From Felis catus (Eukaryota), in contig NC_058368.1 in assembly GCF_018350175.1 (NCBI RefSeq), positions 221,776,001 through 221,840,000 of the forward strand: DNA of 64,000 nt, written 5' to 3'. The notes under the pieces are model-generated. The model was given only the letters and a program-made list of their open reading frames with translations, had not been told where the DNA came from and ran no database searches. Below, piece after piece: positions 37,301 through 50,760 of this stretch. The position numbers and the translations under genes are program-made. How positions within the stretch are numbered: the first letter of the stretch is position 1; each line of letters opens with the position of its first letter.

Positions 37301-39595
37301 TTAAATTAAAAAAAAACCACAATGGATAGTAAATTCAAAAGTTAAGGGTGATTTATGGATGTACAAGTAACACCACAGGATATAAAGTGATGCTAGCTTA
37401 GTGAACATTCTTTGTATAACTAAAAAGCCTAGGATTGCAGATCTGCTCTGTTTTCCTTTCCTTTACTGTGGAATTTCTATGGACTCTGTGACTATAAAGA
37501 AGCAAACAAATTGAGAATGCATTCTTCTAGTGTTTCTTGCTTTGGTCACATGCTTTATGAAGAGGTACAGAAAAGCTCTATAGCCCATTAAAAATTTAAG
37601 GGTTCTTTCTTTGGTGGCCTTGAGTAGAACATCTGGGTTACTGAAAATCTCTGAATTATATTTTCCTTATTAAGTCAATATTGTTCTGATTCTAGTGGGA
37701 GATCTCATGAGGGAGGACACCATAGTTAAAAAAGTTATATCAGAATCCTAGAGTTAGTGTGAGTGGTGTTGGGTAGCCAGTTTTTGTTTCTATACTATTA
37801 CAGATGAGTGGGTAAAATAGCATACCATGCTATAATGTAATATGATGGTATGATATGACATGATATGATATGATGAATCAAGAATGAGCAAATGATGAGA
37901 GTGTGTCATGAAATAATAATATGATTAACCCAATACTGTGCACCTAGGTCCAAAGGAAAAATAGATCAGTATGCTTGGTTTGCTTTCTATTTTAATCACC
38001 TTTAAAAAGCATAACTATTCATTTAAATACATTTGAAGTTTTAATTCTTACAGAAAAATTTTAATATTTCAAACAGTATCATTATTCAAAAAGATCATTC
38101 TTTAATCTTCAGTATTTCTTTCAATTTGAATGCATTAAACTGATTTGTAGCAAATCTGTCCCATAATCCTAATCCTGTGATGTCCACTAGCTAGGTAGCT
38201 ATTAAATCAAAATTAAATAAATTTAAAAATCAGTGTTCTCTTTCACACTAACCACATTTCAATTGCTCAATGGCTGTATGTGATGAGCAGCTACCATTTT
38301 TTTCCATGTAGATATACAATATTTCCATCAATACTGAAACTTCTAGTGGCTTGTGTTGCTCTAATCCTTTCTCTGATAATTTGGAGAAAGTATTAATTTT
38401 ATTACAGCATGACTTGTATAGTCAGATTTCCCATTTGATAAATTTGCATCCTTAACTTTGAATAGACACAGAAATGCAGAAAAAGGTTTAACCCTCTATC
38501 CCCTTAAATGTACCCACAAATTACATGGGATAAGCTCACTGCCTGCTTTAGTGTCTGAAATAGAAGCACCTGAATACATGTTTAACAAATACTAAACTTA
38601 TTTGTTTATTTGAGAATGTATTAAGAGGTTTTCTGAAATTCCACAATGTAGCAATTTCTCATTTTCCAGATCCCTTCACCCTCACCCCCATAACCAATCC
38701 CCACCTTTTTTTTTAGATAATTAGGGATTTAATTCTTTTATACCAAACAGACTCTTGTAATGCATACAATGAAAGTCCTTCGGATATAGAATTCCATTCG
38801 GTGTTTCTCTGCTTGTCTAGTAAATGAGTTTAAAAAGTTGGGAATAGTAGAAATGACCTGAGGTAACTTGTTTTTCTTACATCTGGACAAAGTGGTAGGT
38901 AATCCGTGGGGTCCTTGGACGCTCTTTTTCTAATAAACATCTGTTGGGCTTTCTACTGGGTCACAGTTATGTACAAAGCACAACCCTGAAATATTACTAA
39001 GTTTTAAGGGAGTGTGGAATGTGAGCATTTTCTGCTTTTGACCCAGCCATCTTACCATTGTCTAAGAATTATGCATAGGAACTGTCTAGCTCTTCTGGCC
39101 TATAATTGAATATGTATGTATGCAAGTATGTATACATGTATATATGTGATATCTGGCAAGAGACAACAGGAAAAGAAAAGGATGATACTATCTAAGTCAA
39201 CAATGGTGAATCACTGAAGTGTGAGAGGTTTTTTACTTAGCGTAATGACTTCCAAGTGTCAATTCCAGATAAGTGCCAGTTTAAACCAAAATTTTCTTCT
39301 TTGTCTGCTGTTTGAAAGGACATTGCTTCATTCTAAAGTTATGTTCTTGATATTTTTTGGTGTTAAAGAACTTTAATTTAGTAAATGATTATGCTTGCTG
39401 ATAGTAGTTAATGGCAAAACAAAACAAAACACCTGGCAAACCAATCCCTTAATAATTTACAGAACATTTATGGATGGGAACTATGATCTGATTAAGCATA
39501 TGGATTTATGTGAAGGAAAGTTGAAGTTTTATAGAAGTGTGACCGATTTACACTGAACTAGAGACCTGGATTTCTCATGAGAAAATCAATTTGTT

Positions 39596-39819
39596 GGGGT
39601 GCCTGGGTGGCTCAGTCGGCTAAGCGGCCAACTTCACCTCGGGTCATGATCTCATGGTCTGTGAATTCGAGCCCCACATTGGGTGAGCACTATGCTGTCA
39701 GCTCAGAGCCTGGAGCCCGCTTCGGATTCTGTGTCTCCCTCTCTCTCTGCCCTTCTGCTCATGCTCTGTCTCTCTCTCTCTCCCTCAAAAAATAAACATT
39801 AAAAAAATTAAAAAATAAA
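39596..39819 (+). mobile_element. Felid Can-SINE
   Basis: ggggtgcctgggtggctcagtcggctaagcgg head, CT tract, A tail. Confidence 0.93.
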
Positions 39820-40017
39820 GTAAGCCAGTTTTTCAAATTACAAATTACCAATACTGCTTCAGGCACTAAATTTCCTAGTATGTATGCTTATGTGTGAATG
39901 TGTGTATGTGTATGTAAGCCTACATGCACACAAATATATGGGGAGGTAGAACATAGTACTAAGACTGAGTTTTAACCATGAAATGAAAACAAAAAGTATC
40001 AAATAAATCACATGTTT

Positions 40018-40185
40018 AGGGGCCCCTGGGTGGCTCAGTCAGTGGGTTGTCCGACTTCGGCTCAGGTCATGACCTCACAACACGTGAGTTTGAGCCCCGC
40101 ATCCCGCGTCGGGCTCTGTGCCGACAGCTCAGAGCCCGGAGCCTGCTTTGGATTCTGTGTCTCCTTCTCTTTGCCCCTTCCCAGT

Positions 40186-40222
<37 letters not shown>

Positions 40223-40257
40223 TTCAAAAATAAATAAGCATTAAAAAATTAATTAAA
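40018..40257 (+). mobile_element. Felid Can-SINE with perfect 17-bp TSD
   Basis: TSD aaataaatcacatgttt at 40001-40017 and 40258-40274. Confidence 0.95.
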
Positions 40258-40992
40258 AAATAAATCACATGTTTCATGTCATTGTGCTAAGACACGACGT
40301 GTGCTTTGCCCACTTTGACCACAATGTAGTACTTGAAATGTAAGGTCTTCCTTTGGCAAATTCAAACTTAGTCTAAAAGAGTCATCACCTGGGCAGTCCT
40401 CTGCCCTCACCCTCTTCTACACACAATTCCTGAAATTCTTTCTGATGCAAAGCCATTGCATATGTTAATAAATAAAACCTCAAAGTCATTATAATTTGGT
40501 TATCTGTGTAGTGAATTATCAATTTCACAGTTTGGCTCTTAGAAGTTATTTTTAATCTCCAAATTCTTAAGGGCACTTTATTGAAGTGTCAGAATTTTAA
40601 CTACCAGACATACAACCTATGGGAGAGATTTAGGAAAAATTTTAAACACGATGGTTAGTGTTTACTTCCTAAAAACATTTTATGAGAATGCAATTAGTAT
40701 TCTGGCCCGTTGGGGGGAAACAAATAAAAGAACAAAATCAGATATACATCCTTTGAATTTCTCTTTCTCAACATTTTATTTATTTATGAAAATAAAATTC
40801 ATTCTCACAAACGTAACTATACTAAAATTTTGCTGTCGCAAGGGCTTTTAAATAATCAGCGATTTTCTTTCCAGTAAGCATTTTCGTATTTATGTTAGAA
40901 AGCATTTATTTTATTTAGTTTAAAATGCAAGCAAGTGCATTTTAATTTTATTTTGCTTATTAGTGAGAATTTTCAATGCTGTTAAGCTTTTT

Positions 40993-41215
40993 TTACTTTT
41001 ATTTTAATTTTTGTTAACGTTTTATTTATTTTTGAGACAGAGAGAGACAGCATGGACGGGGGAGGGGCAGAGAGAGAGGGAGACAGAATCGGAAGCAGGC
41101 TCCAGGCTCTGAGCCATCAGCCCAGAGCCAGACGCAGGGCTCGGACCCACAGACCGTGAGATCGTGACCTGAGGTGAAGTCGGACGCTTAACCGACTGAG
41201 CCACCCAGGCGCCCC
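40993..41215 (-). mobile_element. Felid Can-SINE
   Basis: Full body; TSD aagcttttt at 40984-40992 and 41216-41224. Confidence 0.94.
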
Positions 41216-41468
41216 AAGCTTTTTATTTATGCAGATATTGATTTGGAATTGGCCCAGACCCTATAATTGTACCTGCCATTATGAACTGTAAATGTTTAGA
41301 TATTTGTTTATAAAAATTATTTGTAAATAATTGGTTCACCGATATGAATCTTAAAAATGTCATTTATCTCTCCTTGCATGCATCATTGAATAAACTTACT
41401 AGCCTGGGATGTTAAGTTCCCTTTGAAACTCATGACTGACTTCAAGTTTCATCTCAACTTTGTTTCAG

Positions 41469-41586
41469 ATAATTCAGATAGTCAGCGCTGCAGACCGAGA
41501 TCTTTCACCTGCTGGGCAGCAATTTTCCTTTAGATTATCACCTGAAGCTGCCGTCAAACCAAATTTTACAGTCCGTGACTTCAGAA
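41469..41586 (+). CDS. CDH12: Cadherin-12 coding exon (EC5), 118 nt
   Basis: Acceptor ctttgtttcag|ATA, donor A|gtaagt; [39 protein letters not shown](N) with AxDxD motif. Confidence 0.96.
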
Positions 41587-42102
41587 GTAAGTTTAACCGC
41601 ATAAAAACGTACCTCTTGCCATGTAACTTTATAAAAGGGCGCAAAGGTAGCAACCCATGTTTTTCCTAGAAGCACTCAAGTTCATAAAATGTGGAAATCC
41701 ATATATGAGAAATACGAAATTCTATGGCTAGCAGTAAACTAAATATTTAACCTATATAGATCGTATCTAATGAGGCAAATTGCTTCCATTTATAATGTGG
41801 ACGGTCCCTTAATGAGTCAAGCCAAAATAGCCCATCTGGGAAATTGAATGCTTTCTATGTTTTAAACGTATCATTTGTTCCACGTGCACATTACTTGTAC
41901 AAACACATACGTAACTTCTTAGTAATTGGTTATTTGAATAATATACAGTACAGCACAGGTTAAGAATAAGGCTTTGTAACTAGAATGGCAGAAATTTTCA
42001 TTCCCACTCCTTTATGTCTTCAATGGCAAATTCTCAATGTATGAAGTTATACTACATAATTTTAAACTCATAGTTGAAATAAATCAACCTCATAGTATTT
42101 AT

Positions 42103-42317
42103 TTTTAAAAAAATAATTTTAACGTTTTTATTTTTGAGACAGGGAGAGACAGAGCATGAACGGGGAGGGTCAGAGAGAGGGAGACACAGAGTCTGAAACA
42201 GGCTCCAGGCTCTGAACTGTCAGCACAGAGCCCGACGCGGGGCTCGAACTCAGGGACCGTGAGATCGTGACCTGAGCCGAAGTCGGACGCTTAACCGACT
42301 GAGCCACCCAGGCGCCC
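42103..42317 (-). mobile_element. Felid Can-SINE (inside a degenerate MIR at about 41950-42370)
   Basis: Full CpG-rich body; TSD tcatagtatttat at 42090-42102 and 42318-42330. Confidence 0.94.
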
Positions 42318-43019
42318 TCATAGTATTTATATTAAATAAAATAATACGTGCAGATCATTTAGCACAATACCCAAGATTATTTTAGTGATCACCTCTGCCA
42401 TCAGTCTGCACTTCTGTGTCTAACCACGGTCATCATCACCACTGCTTCTGCTCCTAATGGTATCACATCTGCTACTGTGACAGTCACTACAAAAATACAA
42501 AGGACACTGGATATATTGCAGCTAAGTACTGGCCAGTTGTTCTTACATTATTAATTCTGTGTGTGGACATTTTATCCCTTCTAAGTTTCTTTAGTTATGA
42601 AATAGGAATTAGAAACATCTGAGTTCATAATATTGGATGGTAAAAAGCTAGTTTCTTACTAAATTCTATGCTTATAAAACAAATGAACAGATTGTGATGA
42701 GATGATAATGATTGACAGAAGTCAAAGGATGTCTGAAAAAAATTTACTTGTCTGTAAATATTTAGAGAAAGAAATCAGACATTTTGTCACAGAAGGAAAT
42801 TCAGTAGGGTTTTCTACATCTAATAGTGTAGCCTGAGGAATGGCTATAAATGCAATAGGGTCCCAAATATGAAAGGCCTTATAAGTAGAGACACCACATA
42901 TTTTATTATGAAAGCTAGAATACTTTGGAGAATAGACATGGACGATACTAGTGATTTTAATTAGAACAGTTCACATAAAATAGGACTGCCCAAGACAAAC
43001 TAGAACATGTAGTCACCCT

Positions 43020-43350
43020 AACTAGAAGCCATTTAAAGACATTATAACTTTGGAAAGGTTTAGAAGAGCATATGTTCAAATTTGCATTAGGAAGATCAGT
43101 TTGGTTGTAGTTTGAAAAAGACAACAGAAGTATATAGGATTACTTCTGATGCTATTGCAGGAAGGGGTGAAAGTGTGTTAGATTAAGGTAATGGCTCATG
43201 GAGATAGGTGGATAGAGACAGAAAGTTGTAAGGCTTGATGCTAGATTCCCTAAATTCTGGATGTGAATACAATGGACAAGAAGACTAATCAGACCTCCAG
43301 ATCCCTGGCTTGGGCAACAAAGTAGATGGACACATCATTCAGGGACATAA
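43020..43350 (-). mobile_element. L2 fragment
   Basis: tttgcattaggaagatcagtttgg...ctccagatccctggcttgggcaac resemble antisense L2. Confidence 0.5.
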
Positions 43351-43499
43351 GCATTGACTATCTTCCCTATTGTATGGTTGTTGGAGAATTAATATCTCAT
43401 AATATGAATTAGATCATCTTGCCTCATAGCAATAGTGTTTTGTCACAGTCTGAACATTGTTTGCTATTTAAATATGCCATTTATTATATTCCCCCTTTT

Positions 43500-44030
43500 A
43501 TCTGAACTTACATTTTATGTGTAAGTGTAAGTCTTTAAAAACTGAATAGAAACATTTTATTACCTCACATATTTACCTCACCTCCCCCCCCCCCCCCCAG
43601 GGGTAGACTATTTCAGTTCTACTCACGTTGCAAATTTCAATTCTACAATACAGTGGTATCAACCATAGCACCATGTTATAGTTACCATGGTATACCTTGT
43701 TATACCCATTCATCTTATAATTGAGATTTTGTATCTTTTTGCCCATGTTTCCCTATTTTCACCACCCCCAAGCCCTGGCAACCCCATTTGTGCTCTCTGT
43801 TTTTATGGGTTCCTTTTTGTTGTTGTCGTTCTTTTTTAGATTTCACCTCTAATGTCATGTGCAGTATTCATCTTCCTCTGCCTGGCTTATATCACTTAGC
43901 ATAATGCCCTCCAGACTTGTTCATGTTGTCACAAATGTCAATATTTCCTTCTTTCTTACAGTTGAATAAAACTTCTTTGTGTGCATATGTATTAATAGTT
44001 ATATGATACACATAAACTTTTTCTTTATCT
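43500..44030 (-). mobile_element. L1MA-like 3' UTR fragment
   Basis: caaatttcaattctacaatacagtgg...ccccaagccctggcaacccc...tggcttatatcacttagcataatgccctcc. Confidence 0.7.
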
Positions 44031-44149
44031 GTTGTGCAGTAGAAACTATTTTAAGAGTGGAAATGAGGTTTAATGTCTTTTTTCCCATCATGAACAGCAC
44101 AATGAATTGTATATGGTCACATATCAATAACAATAATGGGTTGAAAATT

Positions 44150-44610
44150 CAGTAATCCCCTTTTCTGGGGGAGTATGTTCCCAGACACCTAGTAGATTCC
44201 TGAAACCAAACCACAAGTAGTACTGAACCCTGCATATACATGTCTTCTACTATGCACAGATACCTATGAAAAAAATTAACTTGTAAATTAGACACAGTAA
44301 TAGCAGTAATGAAATAGAACAATTATAGCCATATGCTCACATAAAAGTTATGTGAATGTGATTTCTCTCTTTCTTAAAATATCTTGTGCTGTATTCATCC
44401 TTCTTCTTCTTGTGATGATGTAAGGTGATGAAATGCTTAGACAATGAGATGAAATGAGGGGAAAGACATAGGCATTGTGATACAGCAGTAGGCTACCCTT
44501 GACCTTTTGACCACACATCTGAAAGAGGATCATCTGCTTCCAGGCCTAGGTTGACTTTGGGCAACCGAAATCAGAGAAAGTGAACCCATGGATAATGGGG
44601 AGGAGGGAGA
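44150..44610 (+). mobile_element. MER44 (Tigger7-family) DNA transposon
   Basis: cagtaatcccc...gttcccagacacctagtagattcctgaaacc...aaagttatgtgaatgtg...aaccgaaatcagagaaagtgaacccatggataatgggg. Confidence 0.8.
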
Positions 44611-45205
44611 GGCTAAACATTAACAAAAGGGTAGGGTACATTCTGATATAATGTGTTCAAGAATATCAAATCCATGGCTCCTCAAGTACACATATATCAG
44701 CTTCTCCAACCTCCTATTCTTACGTTTCAAATTTTAATCCTGACTGTTCCTTTTCCTCAGCTTCAAGTATTCAACCAGTTGCTGAAGATTTCAATGTTAA
44801 TTCAACTAGTCCACATTTCTTTGTTCCTACTCTCATCATCATTATCTGGCATTACTGAGTCTGGCTGGCCATGCATGTTATAATAGACATTTTGCATCTT
44901 GGTATTTTTTTTCAATTAAAAAAATATCCTTATGTAATAACCAAGTCATCTTCCCATGCAAAACAATCTTATCAAGTAACTTTTTCTCAACTTAGTGCTT
45001 CTAATGTAATGAATCTAGAGAATCTGCCTAAGTTTTAGTTGTTGAAATTAGAATATACAAATAGATGAATGAATATTACTGAGTTAGCAACATTGTCTGA
45101 CAAACTTGTATTTTAATGAGTACTATATTTTTCTAAAATTAGTTTCCATGATTCCAAAGTGGATATGATGTATGACTATAATAGGTTAAATATTAATATA
45201 TTTTT

Positions 45206-45437
45206 TATTTATTTTTTTATTTAAAAAAAATTTTAACGTTTATTTATTTTTGGGACAACGAGAGACAGAGCATGAACAGGAGAGGGGCAGAGAGAGAGGG
45301 AGACACAGAATCGGAAACAGGCTCCAGGCTCTGAGCCATCAGCCCAGAGCCCGACACGGGGCTCGAACTCACGGACCGCGAGATCGTGACCTGAGCTGAA
45401 GTCGGACGCTTAACCGACTGAGCCACCCAGGAGCCCC
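45206..45437 (-). mobile_element. Felid Can-SINE
   Basis: Full body; near-TSD aata(t/c)attttt at about 45195 and 45438. Confidence 0.93.
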
Positions 45438-46314
45438 AATACATTTTTAAAAATAAATAGTAAGATATGTGTAGGAGTTACTTTAATGGACACAAAAATG
45501 AAATGGTGTTTTGAATAAAACCATATTTCCACTTGTGTGTGTAGAAATACAATAAGAACAAATACATGCAAAATAATACTTTCAATAGAAGTATTAATTG
45601 CATTTATATAAGATTTAAAATTTGTATTGCCTTGGATTATTCTAAGTAAATATTGCTGTTTTTGATTTTGTCAGAATTAAAATGAATCATTTTTGTACTT
45701 ATATTAAAATGGTGATTATTTGTGTTTAAAATTTTTAATGAATCTTGATGTTTTTAACACACTTCTTTTCTCTTTTTCCTATACTAACTAATGTGCAAAA
45801 GTGAAAAATGTAGATACAGATATATACAGATATATTTTACCATATACATAGCAGATCCAGGGAAAATAATAAGTCAAATGGGAAATTGGTATTTGTTATA
45901 TTTTAGTAATAGGTTCTTAGCTAACGTATTTTACAGATTCATACTTTGTAATCTATGCTCTTGTAGCGTGTAAGACAACACCCACAGTTGTATTTTTTTT
46001 TCTCAATGAGATTTTGATGTTAAAAAAATGAGTCAAGTCAACACACTTCTTGCTTTATAACCAGTTTCTATTCCTTCTGAATTGAAAATATACATCTTAT
46101 ACCAGAGAAGATTAATGTTTCTTCTTTTCCTAAGGATTATTTTGATTACATTTGATTACATTTGGCAGCTCTTATAATAATAAAAGAAAGAATTAAAATA
46201 TGGGCCTATTTTGCTGATGCAAGAACAGCTTCCTACCGTTTAACAGATACCAACCTTTCAGATTTGAAGTGAAGCTTTTAGTAACCGTCTTATCATCAAT
46301 GTCATGTTTTGTAG

Positions 46315-46566
46315 ACAACACAGCTGGAATTGAAACCCGAAGAAATGGATACAGCCGCAGGCAGCAAGAGTTGTATTTCCTCCCTGTTGTAATAGAAGAC
46401 AGCAGTTACCCTGTGCAGAGCAGCACAAACACCATGACTATTCGAGTTTGTAGATGTGACTCTGATGGTACCATCCTGTCTTGTAATGTGGAAGCAATTT
46501 TTCTACCTGTAGGACTCAGCACTGGGGCTTTGATTGCAATCCTACTGTGTATTGTTATACTCTTAG
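46315..46566 (+). CDS. CDH12: Cadherin-12 coding exon (end of EC5 plus most of the transmembrane helix), 252 nt
   Basis: Acceptor tgttttgtag|AC, donor G|gttggt; (N)[28 protein letters not shown]...[14 protein letters not shown]...[18 protein letters not shown]. Confidence 0.96.
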
Positions 46567-46583
46567 GTTGGTTTCAATAATCC

Positions 46584-46588
<5 letters not shown>

Positions 46589-46621
<33 letters not shown>

Positions 46622-46640
46622 CTCTCTTCTCTCTGCCTCT
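46589..46640. repeat. (CT)n microsatellite just downstream of the exon donor
   Basis: Read directly from sequence. Confidence 0.9.
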
Positions 46641-49325
46641 GTCTTCACAATTTAACATGTAAATTAGTTTTTCTTCGTTGAGATGTCACATCTGGATAGA
46701 AGAAAGATTAACTACATTGAATTCTATTTTTTATTAATATGAATTTTCTATTTAAGACTCTATGTATATATAGCATTAAGAATAAACAAATAACATCATC
46801 AGAAACACAAGAGTACATTCAAGCCCTTGGGGATTCCAAGGAATAACAGTTTGTTGCACATGCCACAGTGAAATTTTCTATAACAGGTATCTCATTTACA
46901 GCAGTGTTTTGATAATTCATCCTATATTCCAGTAATTATTGCTATCTAGTGAGATAGTACATATCTTTAAAAATAAACTAGATGAACCATGGCTCTCCAA
47001 TTCCCATTCAATAAAGGAAGAAAAGGGAAAAGACAGGAAAGAAATGAAAGACAGTAAAAGCATTCCCAATTTTTTTTCTGTTTAAACTGCCAGCCAAAAG
47101 CAGTTCTCATTCTGCTTTTTTCACAGCTCCACACATCAAAATTCTAACCACCCTCCCTAGAAAAGAACACACTAAAACATCCAGAAGCACTGCAAAGGAA
47201 AAGGATTGAAGTGACGTATTCTGTAACATCTCTGTGAGAATTAATATAAATCTACTTTAGGGGTTTCCGTCTTCCATCCATTCTGTTCAGCTGGCTCCAT
47301 TCACTTATTAATTCACTGCCAGATTCACAAAACTAGAGAGAGCTTTTCTGTTTTGCCCGTCATTTCTTTAAGTTCAAATTGCAACAGAGGTACAGCTGGG
47401 CACTGTGGAATCCGTTGATATATGCTTCACAAATGTAGATACATACATTTATCTTTAAGATAGAAAATTAAAAAAAAAAAAACAACAACAACCTAGGATG
47501 TAAAGCATGGAGTAAGGCATTATATGACAGTTTTTGGAGAACATTCTCTAAGAAGGTCATGTCAGTTTGGAAGTTGAAGTTCTGGTCCAATTTGCATGGT
47601 GTAGATACTAATTCACACAAGTAACATTGGTGTGTGGAAAAAGATTCAAAATAACATTCTCACACCTGAAATTGAACACCATCAGTTAGGTGCTTAACCT
47701 CAAATCAAGGGTTATTCTTTCACGCTTCTTTCTTTCAAGGAGCCACCGGAGTCCCAGAGTATTTCCATATCAACCTACCATGACTTGGCATGTTCTGGAT
47801 GCTCATTTTTGGCCTGTTTGGCCCTTTTATAGTGTACTGTGTCATCTTGCTCTGCTCAGCATCATTTTGCCCCGCTGTCTGTTACTCATTCCTCCAAATA
47901 GTTTCTGAGTGTCCACAGTGCACTTGTCCCATTTAAGCACATGGATTTACAAGTCCACAGCAGTGAATGTTGACATTTTCTAGTTCTGCCATGAAGAATT
48001 CTTAAAAACCCAACTCTTCTTGGACCTCTTTAACTAATCCCAAACTCCTTCAGATCTTCCCATTTATTCTTAGCCATTTTCTTATCTTTCCTGGGATGAG
48101 GGGAAGCACGAGTGTCCTAGGATGTTTAGGGATTTTTTATGGGGCCCTCAGACACATCAGCTAGTAGTCCCCTTCTCAGCCATAGCAACTCCCAAGCCAT
48201 TTTAGATGCAGGCCTTCTCTGTGAGGTTTGCAATTTCTGGCTCATTCCCCAGGTGAGCAATAGTCTTTTTTCATTTTGGGACCTCCTTAAATCCTGGGAA
48301 GAGTGCAGAGTGCTAAACATCTCTTAGAGGCCCATCGTATAAAAGCTCTACCTGTATCTCCTTCCTCCTTCCAGTTGGTCAACCTTTAATTTGGGAGGAA
48401 GAGGGAATAAATGAGTTTCCTCATCACGCAATCTCCTCTAATTTCTAATCTTTTGACAACAGTCTTCCAGACTCTGCTGTAGGAAATCAAACATACTGTG
48501 ACTTTCAATCTGTTACCCCTTTTGTGGAGGAGAGGGGGTTTTATGATGACCAAAGTTGAGCACTGACTTTATGATTTGAATCTGTGCCCATTCGCTTCTA
48601 GAGGAACTAAACACTTACAATTTAGTGGTTGCTGGGCATCAGCCAGGAACAAAGAAAGATTTAAGTGAGAGCATATAAATTAAATATTTCAAAATTTTAT
48701 CATGAATGAATGCAAACTGAACACTGGGAATTTGATTTAGAAAATGTCTCAATATGTTAGGACACAGAATTGAAATAATTAGAAGTCTCAGTTGACACAG
48801 TTTATAAAACTAAGGCCTTTATATTCTGTACTCTTCCTTCCTTTCTCTCTCCTTCCTTCCCTTCTTTCTTCCCTTTCTAAAATGTATCGCTTTGAAAAGT
48901 CATTTTTACAAGAAGATGTGGGTTTGTTTCATTAGAAATGCAAGTAATGTTACAGCTAGGGAATCTAGCTATAAATAATATCTAAGTGTTACTTATGGGC
49001 AATAATATTTAAGTTTTATTATACCAATACTATATAGCTCTCTCTATGCTTAGAACAAGCATTCTTTCTTACAAAATTTTGTAACACACCCTTTTTAACT
49101 GCCACTGAAATACTGAAATATAACACAAACTAAATATAAGACAGTCATTGCTTGATTTTGTGAATAATTTTGCTAAGGTTTCTTGTTAGCTACAATTTGA
49201 AAATGAAGTTGAGCTTTACACGATGAACAGTGTAAACATAGATATGATCCTTCTTGATTATAATATGTTTACTTTGAAAATAATCAACTACATATTCTCA
49301 ACTTGCAACTTTTGTCTTGTTCTAG

Positions 49326-49825
49326 CCATCGTTGTACTGTATGTAGCTCTGCGAAGGCAGAAGAAGAAAGACACTCTAATGACCTCGAAAGAAGACATCA
49401 GAGACAACGTTATCCATTATGATGATGAAGGAGGTGGGGAGGAGGACACCCAGGCTTTCGATATTGGTGCTCTGAGAAATCCGAAAGTGATTGAAGAAAA
49501 CAAAATTCGCAGGGATATAAAACCAGACTCTCTCTGTTTACCTCGTCAGAGACCACCGGTGGAAGACAACACAGACATAAGGGATTTCATTAATCAAAGG
49601 CTGCAGGAAAATGACGTGGACCCAACTGCTCCACCGTACGATTCGTTGGCTACATATGCATATGAAGGAAATGGATCAGTAGCAGACTCCCTTAGCTCTA
49701 TAGACTCTCTCACCACGGAAGCTGACCAGGACTACGACTATCTGGCAGACTGGGGACCCCGCTTTAAAGTCTTGGCAGACATGTTTGGTGAAGAAGAGAG
49801 TTATAACCCTGATAAAGTCACTTAG
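49326..49825 (+). CDS. CDH12: Cadherin-12 terminal coding exon (end of TM plus cytoplasmic domain), 500 nt to the TAG stop
   Basis: Acceptor tttgtcttgttctag|CC; p120-binding [10 protein letters not shown], beta-catenin-binding PPYDSL..YAYEG..S...SLSS and [13 protein letters not shown] motifs; C-terminus [11 protein letters not shown] as recalled for CDH12. Confidence 0.97.
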
Positions 49826-49966
49826 GGCAGAGGCGAAGGATAAAACACAACCAAATGGAGAAATTTAAGAAAAGGAAACACAAATTGAAATCACACACAC
49901 ATACACACACACACACACAGACACACACATGCATGCACACATGTGCGCACACACTTACACACACAC

Positions 49967-49998
<32 letters not shown>

Positions 49999-50760
49999 CA
50001 GGCTTTATAGGAACACAGTCCTTTGATTACCTGGTTTCTAGCAAGTTGCTATATTTATCATATTGTCAGTTTTGTTTTACTCTGCAAACACAAGATAAAT
50101 CCTATTAAATGTACTCGCTTGGTTTTGTTTTGTTATTTTGGAAACACACTGAGACAAGCTCAGGCCTATTAAATACAATTTACTGACATGACAACATAGA
50201 ACGAAGATAGCTATGTGGCATCACGGTGGAAGAGTGTTAGATTTTTCTTAATTCCACTAAAGTGCCTATTGAAACTCTTATCATTTAAAGTGGTGTCCAA
50301 TGCACTCTGCTGTGATGGCATTACAGGATTCAGAGATACAGAGGACAGAAAACAAAGACACTGTCTTTATGTCAAGGAGCAATAGCAACACGCTGACTTC
50401 TAATTCCTTTTGAGGAAAAATGAAGAATACTTTCTGAACTCCATCTTCTTATAATTCAGAGGTTTTTTTTTTCTTTTTTAAACTGTATGCCAAAACACAT
50501 TTGTTTTTCCTACCCTTTCAGAATATTGAAATAAATGCGATAATATCAAATTCAATATGTAAGTCCTGAATCTTAAAAGCAATGTTTGATCTTCACATTA
50601 GTTCGTATTAAAGGTGATCAGCAAAATGTTACTTTTTTTTCCAAAAAAAAAAAGACATTTTTTAAAAAGTAAATTAAAGAAAAATCCCTCTTTATGAAGA
50701 GAGGCCTCAGGGCTGAAACCCCACATCAAAATAAATATTGGTTTTGTGTTAATACTGTGC
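49826..50760 (+). other. CDH12: CDH12 3' UTR (end uncertain)
   Basis: Follows the stop codon; candidate AATAAA at 50530-50535 and 50730-50735, the latter with a GT-rich tract downstream; further AATAAA near 50955 and 51025. Confidence 0.6.
49892..49999. repeat. Interrupted (CA)n tract in the 3' UTR
   Basis: Read directly from sequence. Confidence 0.95.

Noticed and set aside
49223..49325. N-terminal extension of the 200-aa ORF (MNSVNIDM...) as an independent start
   Set aside because: It is intronic sequence upstream of a clear acceptor at 49325; the same applies to ORF extensions around the other exons
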